Source: Basidioascus undulatus (lineage: Eukaryota). From it: a DNA stretch of 37,240 bases. A program made the position numbers and the translations under genes. The notes beneath the pieces were generated by a model, which was not told the origin of the DNA, made no database searches, and saw nothing but the letters and a program-made list of their open reading frames with translations. The stretch is from assembly GCA_000826855.1 (NCBI GenBank), contig JTLS01000052.1, forward strand, positions 1 to 37,240. The letters are read 5' to 3'. Positions 1-10,630 of the stretch are shown here, piece by piece. Position 1 is the first letter of the stretch, and every line of letters begins with the position of its first letter.

Positions 1-272
1 CCAAACCACACTCCTCCCGCCACTCCGCCTCAGCATCCACCGCCTCCTCCCGCCGTTCATCCACAGCCGCCGGGGCAGTCGCCTCTATTCCTTTACCGAG
101 CAGCGTCACCCGCGTCGAACGCCCACAGATTCCTCCGCTCGCTACTATCTCTGCGAGCCCCAGCTGCGCGGACGCGTTCTGCGATCCCGAGACCGGGACC
201 GAGACCCCGGGGGACCACGGAGCACAACAAAGATACGCGTTCCTCTCGCTCACGCGCACAGAAGAAGGGACC
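1..272 (+). CDS. Internal exon of an unrelated gene, possibly a CASTOR/GATS-like ACT-domain protein (partial, enters from outside the window)
   Basis: Frame 3 is open from base 3: a Ser-rich stretch then RYAFLSLTRTEEGT, ending at a GTGCGT donor at 273. The motif resembles the F-S-x-T-R-T-x-E-G-x-S-L strand I recall from fungal ACT-like repeats. Confidence 0.4.
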
Positions 273-338
273 GTGCGTCTCCCCTCACCCTCCCCTCCCA
301 CTTCCTTCCCACCCGCTCACCCCTCCCCCCCCCAAAAG

Positions 339-613
339 GGTTCGGCCTCCGCTGCTCCCCCATCGTGCACCAAGTAGCCAAAGCCGCCGGCTTGTCCGAC
401 CTCTCCGCGAAGTGCTGGGGCTCGCGCAACCCGATGAACGTCGTCAAGGCGACGCTCAAGGCGCTCCACGGCGGCGCGCAGCCCGTGCTCTTCGGCCAGG
501 GCACCGGCGCAAAGGTCCCGCGCCTCGAGCGTGGACGTGGGATGAAGACTGCCGATGAGATCGCGCTCGAGAGGGGGAGGAAGGTAGTGCCGGTTGGGAA
601 GCGGGTGGTTTGA
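339..613 (+). CDS. MRPS5: Mitochondrial ribosomal protein S5 (uS5m), last exon only
   Basis: After the AG acceptor at 337-338: GFGLRCSPIVHQVAKAAGLSDLSAKCWGSRNPMNVVKATLKAL...IALERGRKVV*, the ribosomal S5 C-terminal domain signature. Upstream S5 exons are absent. Confidence 0.85.
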
Positions 614-927
614 TTGGGAGAGGGAGGCGGAGGGGTGGAGAGGGTATACTCGGGTTTTGGATCGATTTGAGTGGAGAAGAAGCGCGGAGTGCTCTCGGCG
701 TGGTTGCTGTATTTTTATTTGTTGGGAAGTTTGTCAGTTCGTGCGAGCACGAGCAAGGCCCATCAGCGTCCTCTCGCCGTCTTCTCGCGCGCGTCAATAT
801 CTCCTCCCACCATCGTCTTCTCCTCGCTCCTTCCACCTTCTACCCCTCTCCGCCCCTTTCTCCTGCGATACCGTACCTCCCATGCATCCGCACTCGCATC
901 TCCCCCTCCCCCTGTCCCCCAACGCAG

Positions 928-1372
928 CTCGTCTTCACGATCCCCGCCGTCACCGTATCTTCCCGAAGCCTGCGGTCCGGTCGAGCGCGCGCCGCATCTT
1001 GGGGATGGTTCGTCAACCCCGGCGTAGGTCAAGCGCAGGTCTGGACAGGAAGGTAGGATGGGGGTGTGGTGTGTGGGGTATGGGCGTTGGGGGAGAAGAG
1101 ATGGTGATGGGAGATGGACCGCAGCGTTGGTGGGACGGCTGGCCAGACAAGGGAGGGGTTTTGAGTACGGTGCGTTCTTTTCTGATTCTATGTGCGGCTT
1201 TTTGGAAGGTTGCAGGGGGATGAGGGCGGGGGAGTGGATTGTATCGTGCGCTGCAGGTACTCAGGGCGGCGGTGCATGGTCCTCGTTCTCCATGTCCAAC
1301 CGTCTCACTCCTAGTCGCCTTGCAAGCTGCGGCGCGACGGGCCGGTCTTCCTTCTATCGAGCACTCAAGTGA
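928..1372 (+). pseudogene. Possible decayed small membrane-protein gene (MARVEL-like?)
   Basis: CGCAG acceptor, then LVFTIPAVTV...WGWFVNPG...* and ...MCGFLEGCRGMRAGEWIV with an internal TAG. Resemblance is weak. Confidence 0.15.
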
Positions 1373-2687
1373 TGGCTGTTTCGTCTCCGTCCGAATGCTT
1401 CACGTGCTTGCATTGTGCTGAGAGCTCGCCAGGGCACGCTCGTCGCAGTCCTGAGCCTCCCTCATCGTCTTCTTCGACTTCATTTCCATACGGGCTGTTC
1501 ATATTGAGGTTTTTTGTTACGCTGCCGTCCATAAAGTCATATCAGCCCCCTTGATTCGAGGTCCGCTTTCGCACCAGCGACCCCCCGCTGGGGGTCCGCT
1601 CGCTCGAGCTGTCCCGCGACTGTCGTTTCGATTGACTTGGACCTCAACTCTTGTATGGATGTCTGACAGTTTGTCCATGACGTTCTCTTCGCCCTCGCTC
1701 AATTACGACAGCCGAGTAGCTGCAGGCATGACTTCTCATTCGATCGCTCGCCCCCGCGCTCGACTTCGCTTCTTCCGTCCATGGCTTCGATCGAGCGGGG
1801 TGTTGCACGCCTAACATATGGTGGAGGGTAGCCCGTACATTGCAGTCCTTTCGCGCTCCCTCAATCCCTCGCGCGAGATCGCAAACGGCGGGCATGCTAG
1901 CTCGGCGTGCCTCGCGGAGCTGTCCTTGGCTGTCTCCTGGCTTCGCTTCTCTAGACGGTCGCTTCTACTGGATACAGGTGCTATCTCTTCCGTCCCGTAA
2001 GGGGATGTCGTCCGCTGCAGTCCATTCGATTAAGTTCAACCGTCTGCACCAAGTCCGCAGGCAGGACGGCGCAGCGACCTTTGGCCGGGAGTTCACTTGC
2101 TCGACCTCTACCGACCGTCGTTTCGATTTATTTTCCATCTACACTGTTATTTTTTTGATTGATAAAACCCTCAAGATCCACCTGAACGCCTCGCACATCA
2201 AGCTGGCAATGTGGGCGGGTCGGAAATCTCAGCGACCACGGGCGGCTAGCTCGCTGATGCTGTCGCTCGAGCTTTGCCGGAAATTGGTTCGCTTTTCTCT
2301 CTTTAAACCATTGATGTTTAACCTCCCCATCCCATCCCTCAGGGTGAAGCTGCGCGGTTGGAGGTTTGTGTAAACGGCGTTGCGGCGGCGGCACTGTGAT
2401 CCGGCACTTCCACTCTCCGCTGTCTTCGACTTCGCATCGGGCACCACTCAACTTTAATTCCAACTTTATTCCAGTACATTCTGATGTCAGGTCAGCCCAC
2501 CCTATGTATCACGCTCAAACAGGTCAGTAGTGTCGCATGCAAAGCGTGGTTGCGGCACTGCTGACGGCCCGTCCGGATCGTCGCTTTGGCAGTCGGCTCC
2601 TCGCTGCGCCCGCCTGGGAGCGTATTACTACGCCCGTTGCTATAGTCCTACCTCTTTCTTTCTGACCGTCATCATCCCCTTTCGACC

Positions 2688-4725
2688 ATGGCGAGCGACG
2701 CCCCTCCCGACTCCCCCGCAGCCAACGGCGCGCTCACGCTCACCTCGCGCACCGGCTACGGCAGACTCGGCCGCCCTTTCCAAGTCAGGACGAACCTGTT
2801 CCCCCTCAACGTCTCGGACACGACGACCCTGGTGCTCTAAGACGTTCAGATCACTCGCGACAGCGAGCCTAAGTTCCCGCCCTCCCGCAAGGAGACCATG
2901 CGGGACATGCAATTCTTTATGGTGCGCCCCGCTAAAATTTGGCTTATGGGCGCATGATTAGTGCAGGTCAGTGATGGTGATGAACGAGTGGATCCGCAGA
3001 ACTGCGCGAAAAAAAGCGCCTTCCTCTCTCAGAACCCGTCGGGGTACGATGGGCGCACGCTCCTGTACTCGCCCTACCTGATGCCCTTCGACGACTCGGA
3101 GTCGTTGCGCCGAGTCTTGCTCTCTCACTGACTTCGAAACTTGCTGACCCTTGACTTGCTTTCCTTTGCAGTACGACTTCAAGATGCGCCGCTTCGGCAG
3201 CACGCCCTTCAACTTCTTGATCCGGCCGCTAGATATAAGAAAAGTTCTAATATTTGTTGGATACCCTTCCGGATCAACGCGAAGTGCGGCGGCTCGAACT
3301 TCACGTTCGGGGCCCCCATCCCAAACTTGAAGACGCCGGAAGGGACTCCCGCTATCTGCTTTGGTAGGCACATTGCTTCCCCTTTTCTCTTCGCTCGATT
3401 CTGACTTCATCTTGTTGGCAGGCGCCGACGTCTCGCACCCCGCGCCCGGCGCTGCGGGCCCCTCCGTCGCCGCGGTCGTCTCATCGGTCGACCAGCGTTG
3501 CTCTGAGTTCTTCGGGAGCACGGTGCGCAACAATTCCGCCTATACGCAACATTCACCTTGCAGCTCACTCCCTTTCTGTCCGGACTCACAGGTGACGCAA
3601 CAGTCTCGCGTCGAGCCCATTGCCGAGCTGCGCAGGCTCGTCAAGGAGCATCTCCTACGCTTCCAAAAGCAGGCACAGTGAATCCCGCAGAGGATACTCT
3701 TCGTTCGGTGCGTGTTTTCAGCAGCAAGTCCCAGGAAGTCCCGCACTGACTCTGCGGCGGGGTGTAGCGACGGCGTCTCGGACGGCGAGTTCGCCATAGT
3801 TCTCGAGGAGGAGGTCAAGGCGATCAAGGGTGCGCCACTCCCACTGTGAACAACTGTCATCTAGTCTGCTGACCGAATTGTCGCATACGCAGCGGCGTGC
3901 GCCGAGCTGAACGCGAACTACCAAAGCTGACCTACGTTATGGCCAAAAGCGCCACCATGTCTGCTTCACGCCGCTCGGCCCGAACGCACCGCGCGACCAC
4001 TCGAAGAACTGCGCAAGCGGCACTGTCATCGACGCCCCCGAGGTCACCGCCCCGCACCGCGCGTCTTCCTCTCTTCCGTGGCGTCCCTTCCCCGCGGCTG
4101 CTGACATGACATGCTGCAGCACAGTCGACAACTGCTTCCTGTATGGCCACAGCGGGCTCCTGGGCAGTGCGTCGTATGTTGTCTTACACACTGCCTATCT
4201 TTTCTGACAGCCAATTGACTCTCAGCGAGCCGCCCTGTCCGCTACGTGAAGCTGTACGACGAGTACGGCTTCTCACCGGACGACCTGCAGCGCACCATCC
4301 ACGCTATGTCGTTCGTCCACGCACGCTCGACGAAGGCGGTCTCCATTCCGCGAGCGGTGAGCAACCTGTCTCTTTATCATCCCGCTACGGAGTTTGACAA
4401 ATACACCACGCACAGATCGACTACGCGGACCTTCTGGCTGCGCGGTCAAAGCTCCAGGTGCGCAGGCAAAACTGCTGCGGTCTGGGTACCAGCTTGTGTA
4501 CCTGACCTCCCGATGGCTCCAGTTCAACGACCCCTCGTCGTAGTCCGAGAATGGCCGCAGCGTCGCGTCCGGCACTTCAGGCTCACATTCCACGGTCGGC
4601 ACCTTCGTCGAGGTGCACGACATCATGCACAGCTGCATGTCCGTCTAGTTTCAGCCCTTCGATATCTCAGCGGAAACGTTGCTGACTACGAATTGGCGCT
4701 GCTGCCTCAAAGGTACTGGCTCTGA
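2688..4725 (+). pseudogene. ago: Argonaute (eukaryotic AGO) pseudogene retaining the N-domain start and PIWI domain; L1-PAZ-L2-MID absent
   Basis: Spliced motifs: RTGYGRLGRPFQVRTNLF, YDGRTLLYS, INAKCGGSN, GADVSHP, SVAAVVSS, RDGVSDGEF, KRHHVCF, NCASGTVID, HSGLLGTSRPVRY, HARSTKAVSIP, YADLLAAR, terminal YWL*. Lesions: TAA 2838-2840, TAG 4541-4543, frameshifts near 3920 and 3945, damaged acceptor at 3270-3272. Confidence 0.93.
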
Positions 4726-5035
4726 ACACTCGAAGTCGCTTCCTCGATCGCTCATTGATACTCCGCTTTTCCTGGGTTGGCTGCTACACTGTTCGTGCTC
4801 GTGCTTGATTTTTGTTTTATTGCTTTGGGCTGCATCGCCTGTTGTTGAAGTTGCGTGTCACGTTTGTTTACTTGATAAATTGAGTATCTTGACGTGTTCC
4901 CGTGGAGCGCCATTGATGAAGTGTACTTTCAAGATCTTCCAAGTTTGCATTTAAAGGTGTGAATATGTTGGTGATGATATTCAGAGTGACGGCCAGGCCA
5001 GAAAACGACCGGTCTTAATCTTGTCTCCCACCCTC

Positions 5036-5602
5036 ATGACCTCCCTTCCCCTCCCGCAGCTCTCCTCGGCGCCCACGCCCCACCCGCACGCCTGCCCCTG
5101 CCTCTCAAAAACCCTCCTCTCCCACATTGCCTCCTCAGTCCCGCCCTTTCCTTCTCCCCCGGTGATCCTCTCCATCGGCTCTGGAACAGGTCTCCCCGAG
5201 GCCCTCCTCGCCTCTCACCACCGGTACCTTCAAATTTACGGTGTCGAGCTCTCCTCAGTCACGAACCTCTACCTCCGCCCCTCGCAGCTCCTGCTCCCTT
5301 CCCCGCTCCTCCGCGGCGCGGGCGGGCGCGAGCCCCTGCCCGACTTGGAGGATCCCGAGCTTGACTTGCCGGCATTCGGGACGTGGTTGTGGGTTTACTT
5401 GAGGGATAGGCGGTTGCTGAGCGCCTGGATTGGGAGGTGGGGTGGGGGCGATGTCAGGAGGATGGTCTTCGTTGGGCCATTGTACGAGGATGTGAGGGGG
5501 GATGAGGTGTTGGAGGCGTGGGGGAGCGAGGTGCGCAGGTGGGAGGGCGCGGATGGGGGCGTCGGGGAGGGCGAGTTCGTCAGCATTTGGGAGAGGGGTT
5601 GA
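5036..5602 (+). CDS. Intronless SAM-dependent methyltransferase-like conserved fungal protein (188 aa)
   Basis: Open frame from ATG 5036. Motif I-like VILSIGSGTGLPEALL followed by IYGVEL (acidic residue ending beta-2), then WLWVY and MVFVGP strands. Confidence 0.7.
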   Translation: MTSLPLPQLSSAPTPHPHACPCLSKTLLSHIASSVPPFPSPPVILSIGSGTGLPEALLASHHRYLQIYGVELSSVTNLYLRPSQLLLPSPLLRGAGGREPLPDLEDPELDLPAFGTWLWVYLRDRRLLSAWIGRWGGGDVRRMVFVGPLYEDVRGDEVLEAWGSEVRRWEGADGGVGEGEFVSIWERG

Positions 5603-7726
5603 AGACGGTGCGTTGTCTTATCGATTCTCCGTGTGTCTTTGAGCATGGTTTGCTTTGTATTTGGGTTGTATGCGCTCAGGGATTGGCGAGGATCAACCTG
5701 AACATAACACTCCTTAACGTCCAATCAGCCCGCTCCGTCTTCTCTCTCTCCTCCCTAACCAAAGCCGTTTCAAAATATGCTCACCGCCGCAATCGAACTC
5801 AGTAACTCGTTGCCTCATCCCTCAAGCGACCCTTTCGATCGCTCGTGGTTTCTCAAGTCCAGCGTGCTCTTTCATGCTCGATCGCTCCTCGAGCTCATCT
5901 TCGTCCGATCGAGACGGACTCCCACCAACACCCTCGAACTCTCCGAAAATCCATCCACTGAGTCCCTTTAGTCCTCAACATCACATTCAAAGGCACCGTT
6001 GACAATTCATGAACCCGCCCGCGCCTCGACCTGCACTCTTCGTCTTCCCATCTTCTCTCCCTCGACTCGGGCGCGAGCCGAGGCATGGGCGCTCGTTCTC
6101 GTTCTCTCACGCTGCCTTGCTCTGTCATCCGCATCGCCCTCGTCCAATTTACCTGCATGAGCTGGGAAACGACGCCGCAGGTTTGGTTGGAGAAGCGCAG
6201 GTTGTTCAGGGCGCACATCGGACTGTCCCGGGGAGAATGGGTCCTTGCGTTCTTTGGTGGTGTTATTGCATGCGGCGGGAGGACGGGACGGGCGGCCGCG
6301 GCGATGGTTCGGAGGAGGGCGCGCGAGGCGAAAGGTGCGGGAACACATCCGATTCCGAAGCGTTGAGTGCGGGCGCCGAGACGGTGCATTGTTTCTTTTT
6401 CGAATCCCTGCTTCGAGATCGAGCGATGGACATACTTGCTTGTCGCCTGCGGGCTGGGCGGGCTGGTCGAGTGCGGCGCTCCGCTTGTATCGATCACGTC
6501 GCAACTTCGTCAGTTCAAGTTTGCAGGGGCTCAGTGTTCTTTTACTGGCTGATATTCGCGAAGAACTCCATGGACACGCTCACACGCCTTCCAAAGCGAC
6601 AAGCTGCCACGGCTCTGCGAGCTTGCTCGCTCAGAGCCCCATCCACCGTCGCCGCCCTCTCGGTCGCTGTATTGTCAACGCTCCATTCATGTTCGTCTAA
6701 GTACTTCCATAACGTTCCGACCAATATCAGCTAATTTCAGCGCTCTACATCACGCTTTGCATTTCTCGCACATCCAGAGCTCGTTCAAAGATTGCTGTCG
6801 TGTTGCGGGCAAGTAACCGGAAGCTCAACATCGGACAGGGTTACGTATTACCCGGTTGTCGATGAGTTCAGCCTTCTGCGTTTAGGACGAGGTAAGATTC
6901 TCCGAAACAGTGCGGAAACACGGCCCTGCGTGTGTGGTGTGCAAGGTGTGCGCTGTGCGTGAAAGGCCAGCAGCAACTCGAAGACCCAAAACGTGGCTGC
7001 ACAAATCGCAGGCGGTAAGTGTAAAGTGGACGATGGCCACAATTTTTGGGAGCAGGTTCCTACGACTAGCGAGCAAGCCCTTCGATTTGGGAGGAGAGGT
7101 TGGGCAGAGGAGCCGGCTGACAATCGAATGAACATAGGCTACACTCGCTGTCGCGTACTCGATGCCTCGGAAGGGATATAGTACCGCATGATGCCCAGCA
7201 CCGCATGCTCCATATCCAGTACCGCATTGTCGGTGTGCTCTCTAAGCTGCAACCTCAGTATGTACTGGAAGCAAGCGTCCCTGGCGGGGCGGCCGGAGGT
7301 TGATCGTGCGCGGAGGAGGCTTGTGGCGAGACTGGTCTAATAAGCATGTGCTGCCAGGACTAGCCATAAGCGAGAAGCCGGCAGATCCTCTGTATGAAGC
7401 ACAAACATCACATGAAGGGATACGTGATTCCGGCACGCAATCGTCTGGTGGCCGGCCGTTGACCGGCTTCACTAGTATTACCTCGGCGTGCCACTGCTAG
7501 TCTGTGGGGCACTTGCTGAGACTGTGCACATTTTTATACTGTCCAGATAACAGGGCTTGAGTCTCCCCATGCTAAAGAAGTCATAGTACAAAGCACTCTA
7601 GTCATTCCTTCTAGAAATGCAGGCCCTTGTCAGAGCGAGTGAAAACATGTGGTGCACGCGAGGAGAGCATGCGGTACACGACGAGCTAGAGAGGGGGGAA
7701 GAGGGGCAAAATTGGGGGCAGAAAAG

Positions 7727-7733
7727 TATAAAA
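7727..7733 (+). promoter_or_regulatory. TATA box of secreted-protein gene copy A
   Basis: TATAAAA starting 68 nt upstream of ATG 7795. Confidence 0.5.
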
Positions 7734-7794
7734 GGTGAAAATCGAGCAGGTCGAGATAGCCAATCAAGCACTCACACAGCGTCCTCCTTCCGGG

Positions 7795-8241
7795 ATGATT
7801 CGTCTCACCTCCCACTTCGTCCTAGGCCTCGCCGCGATCTGTTGAATGCATGCCGTTGCCCTGCCCTCCTCCTCGGACTCGCCCAATGCTACCTCCCTCG
7901 AGAAGCGTGAAGGCGTATGTCCTTTGGTCCTGCTGACGCACCATAATCTTCACTCACGGAGCACGCCTCACTGCAAACAGACCATGCCAAGGCGCCATCC
8001 CGAAACACCCCAGCACGGTTCCCAAGGGCGACCTGTACTGTGCCGATTCCGGAGGGTTTGAGTACATGTACGACGACTGCAGGAACCACCAGGGCGCAAA
8101 GATAAGCAACGGTTAGTAATGAGCCGTTGACCTGTGGCGTTGGAAGTCTACCTTTGGCGTTGGACGCTGATTGAATCGGACAACTCAAGCGCTGACGCGC
8201 CGGAACGCAATTTACAGGGAGGGATCAACTACCTGATTGAC
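7795..8241 (+). pseudogene. Small secreted pre-pro-protein, copy A (further decayed micro-exons may extend to about 8700)
   Basis: MIRLTSHFVLGLAAIC*MHAVALPSSSDSPNATSLEKREG (signal peptide plus Kex2-type KR), intron, CQGAIPKHPSTVPKGDLYCADSGGFEYMYDDCRNHQGAKISN, intron, GGINYLID. In-frame TGA 7843-7845 and a 5-nt deletion at the start of exon 2 relative to copy B. Confidence 0.65.
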
Positions 8242-9242
8242 GCATATACCAAGTCTGCTTTTGACGGACTTTTCCTCAAGTTTTTAAATTCTGACCGTCT
8301 GATGCGGCTCATTCAGGTACTCGGCTAGTACAGTCGGTACGTGTGAAGGCGATCTGCCGCATTTCGAGCACTGCATTCGACAAAGTTTCGTCCTGCTTAG
8401 CTTACGATATATGAATGTACCATCAGCCGTAAAAATGCGCTCAATATTCGCCGCTGCGCTTCCTCTCGTTGCACAGGTGCGCCAGGCCTCACGTCCCCAA
8501 CCTTCGGACCCCCAGTGCTGACACTGGCTTCCTCACGGGTAGCCGCTCTTCATAATCTCGGCATCAACTGGTGCGTCGTGCAAATCTTTTCTCCGCTCGT
8601 CCATTCTCGAGCTCTTGACTGAGTACTTACAGCTTGTTACACTGCAGGGCGTGCACGCTCCTCGGTGCATATCCGTCCTCCTCGCTGGGTCCCCTTCATA
8701 TTTTACATATACGGGGCCAAGTGCGTAACACCTCCATCCCACACTTTTTTAAATGTTATAAAGTGAAAACTAACCTCCTGACCCTGAGGAACGCTGCGGC
8801 CGTCGCAGGCAGGCTGAGAAGCATGTCGAAGATGGCAGAGGAGTTGTTGGTCGGGCGGATACTGGATCTGAATTATATCCCGTGTAGACTGTCGTTACAG
8901 AGAGCGCTCCCACTAGGGCGTGGTGACGGATGGTTGCTTTCAGACAGAGTGTGACCGCGCACTGCGCACTGCGCACCGTGCCAGTGGCGCTGTAATCTAT
9001 GGGTGTTCGGCGCAACGTTAAAATGCAGCGCTTTTCAAATTATAACGTTTCCAGCCGCCCTTTCCAATTTCCTTGGTTAGAGGCCCCGGAAGCGCCCATC
9101 CGAGTCAAAGCCGGAAGCGAGCACGAAGCCGCACCGACGCCCCTCTGCACCCGTCTCCCATCTTCGCCCACCGCCTCACCACATCTCCCAGCCACTTCTC
9201 ATGGCCGAGCTCCAAAATTATACTCCGGCATCTTCGATCGAC

Positions 9243-10260
9243 ATGGCCTATACCCCTGGCACTCAACTCGGCCTCGAAATCACTTCGAGCGAATCCGGCA
9301 CGTGCACCCTCGCACCGTTACCATCCTCCGCGCCTTCACACCCTTTACGAAGAGCCAGGCGCTCGTCGTTAACCTCTCAGACTCTCTGGAGGGCGTACCT
9401 GCTATCATATTGTTTGAAGGTCTTCGATCCACTCTACATCAACATCGCGACGAGAGACACCACCGCCAACCATGGTCGCTGCAAACTGAGCTTGCCGCTC
9501 ACGACCGGCGGCAAGCCGTCGCTCGCGGAGAACGTCCGGACGACTTCGACAGCGTCCCCTTTTACGATCGAGATGACGTACTGTGGGAGGAGCGGTGTTT
9601 ACGCTTCCAGGAGGAGTCTTCCGCTGTGAGCTCGAGGCGTATGTCGCCTGAAACATTTCCAAGGCGCAGGCATACCCCGCCTCTACTCCGACGCTCGTGT
9701 GCTCCTCCCTGACCGAGTCTTCCCGGTCGTCGGTCTTCTGTTGGAGTTTAACGAGGGCACTACGCTCGCTGATATTGCTCAGACCAAACTACCGTTCCGT
9801 ACTCACTCGCTCGCTCGCTTTTCGCAATCGTCGGCGATCTTGGACGCCTCCGCCCGCACAATATTCTTTTCTCACCCGTGCACAGCCCTACGCGTGTCGT
9901 ACTCGTCAATTTTAGCGAGTCCATCTTGCGCGGGACCCACCATCAGACAGCGAATGGTCTTCCAAGGTCCGAGGCCACGGCGACTCCGTTCGTACGATAT
10001 ATTCGTTCGTCAAGTCTAGAGTTTGGTGGCCTCTCCTTGCAAGCTCCATCTCGCCGACGGCTGGGGCTGTGCGGCGCAATGAACTCGTGGAGAACGAGAC
10101 GGCTCGGTGGAGGGACAGGTGGTACGAGCGTACGGAGGTGTGGGAGGGGAACGACGGCGTTCGACTCAACGAGCCTCTGCGCTGTAGACTGAAGGAAGAC
10201 GTTCTCGCTTGGCTCGATGCAGAGGAGGCTGGCTTGGTGGTGGACCCTACCCTTTCGCGA
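9243..10260 (+). pseudogene. Fungal protein-kinase-like pseudogene
   Basis: Fragments spread over three frames: AFTPFTKSQALVV, LKVFDPLYIN, QPWSLQTE, LWEE, GLLLEFNEGTTLADI, PHNILF, PTRVVLVNFSESILR (degenerate DFG strand). Multiple frameshifts. Confidence 0.65.
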
Positions 10261-10630
10261 CCGGCTCGCCGGTTTACGTTCTGCCCCTACCTCCGTCGCC
10301 GCGCACCATCGCATCGCCCGGCATCCCCTCCTTACCGTCTCCGGTGGATTTCTCGCCCCCCCTCACCACCGCCAGGCTCCCCACTCGCCTCGCTGCTCTC
10401 TCCGTCCGCGTCCCCTGCCACAGCCCGTGCTGCCCACCTGCCGTCCCTACCCTCGGACTAACAGGCCGGTATCCCGCGAGAAGGAAAGTTGTGTTGCTCA
10501 ACCGGTCCCCCAATTTTAATGCTCAGAACACTAGAGCCGAGGGCTAATGGCGCCTGCCGGCAATTGACAGGGTAGCAAGCACGTCGGATAAGCATCGAGC
10601 ACGTGCATGGAAGGACAGGCCTGTTGTCTC

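Noticed and set aside
2838..4543. Alternative genetic code or RNA editing explaining the in-frame stops
   Set aside because: The stops occur together with frameshifts and splice damage, and intact genes here end in TAA, TAG and TGA normally.
2688..5602. Prokaryote-style short Argonaute plus effector operon (AGO next to a methyltransferase)
   Set aside because: The AGO has spliceosomal introns and eukaryotic motifs, lacks MID (which short prokaryotic Argonautes keep) and carries several inactivating lesions. Adjacency alone is not evidence of a system.
5777..6734. Overlapping 150-240 aa ORFs on both strands
   Set aside because: No recognisable motifs or consistent exon structure; GC-rich chance ORFs or unassignable debris.
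7181..7230. Three short ACCGCAT repeats resembling a mini array
   Set aside because: Too short and irregular for CRISPR or a satellite, and the context is eukaryotic.
8556..8660. LGINC in one frame, recalling the KP4 killer-toxin N-terminus
   Set aside because: The following RGS and KP4 Cys pattern are absent and the frame is ambiguous within decayed micro-exons.
8957..8976. Tandem TGCGCAC matching the animal metal-response element
   Set aside because: More than 3 kb from the Cys-rich gene, and the MTF-1 system is not established in fungi; likely a simple 7-bp repeat.
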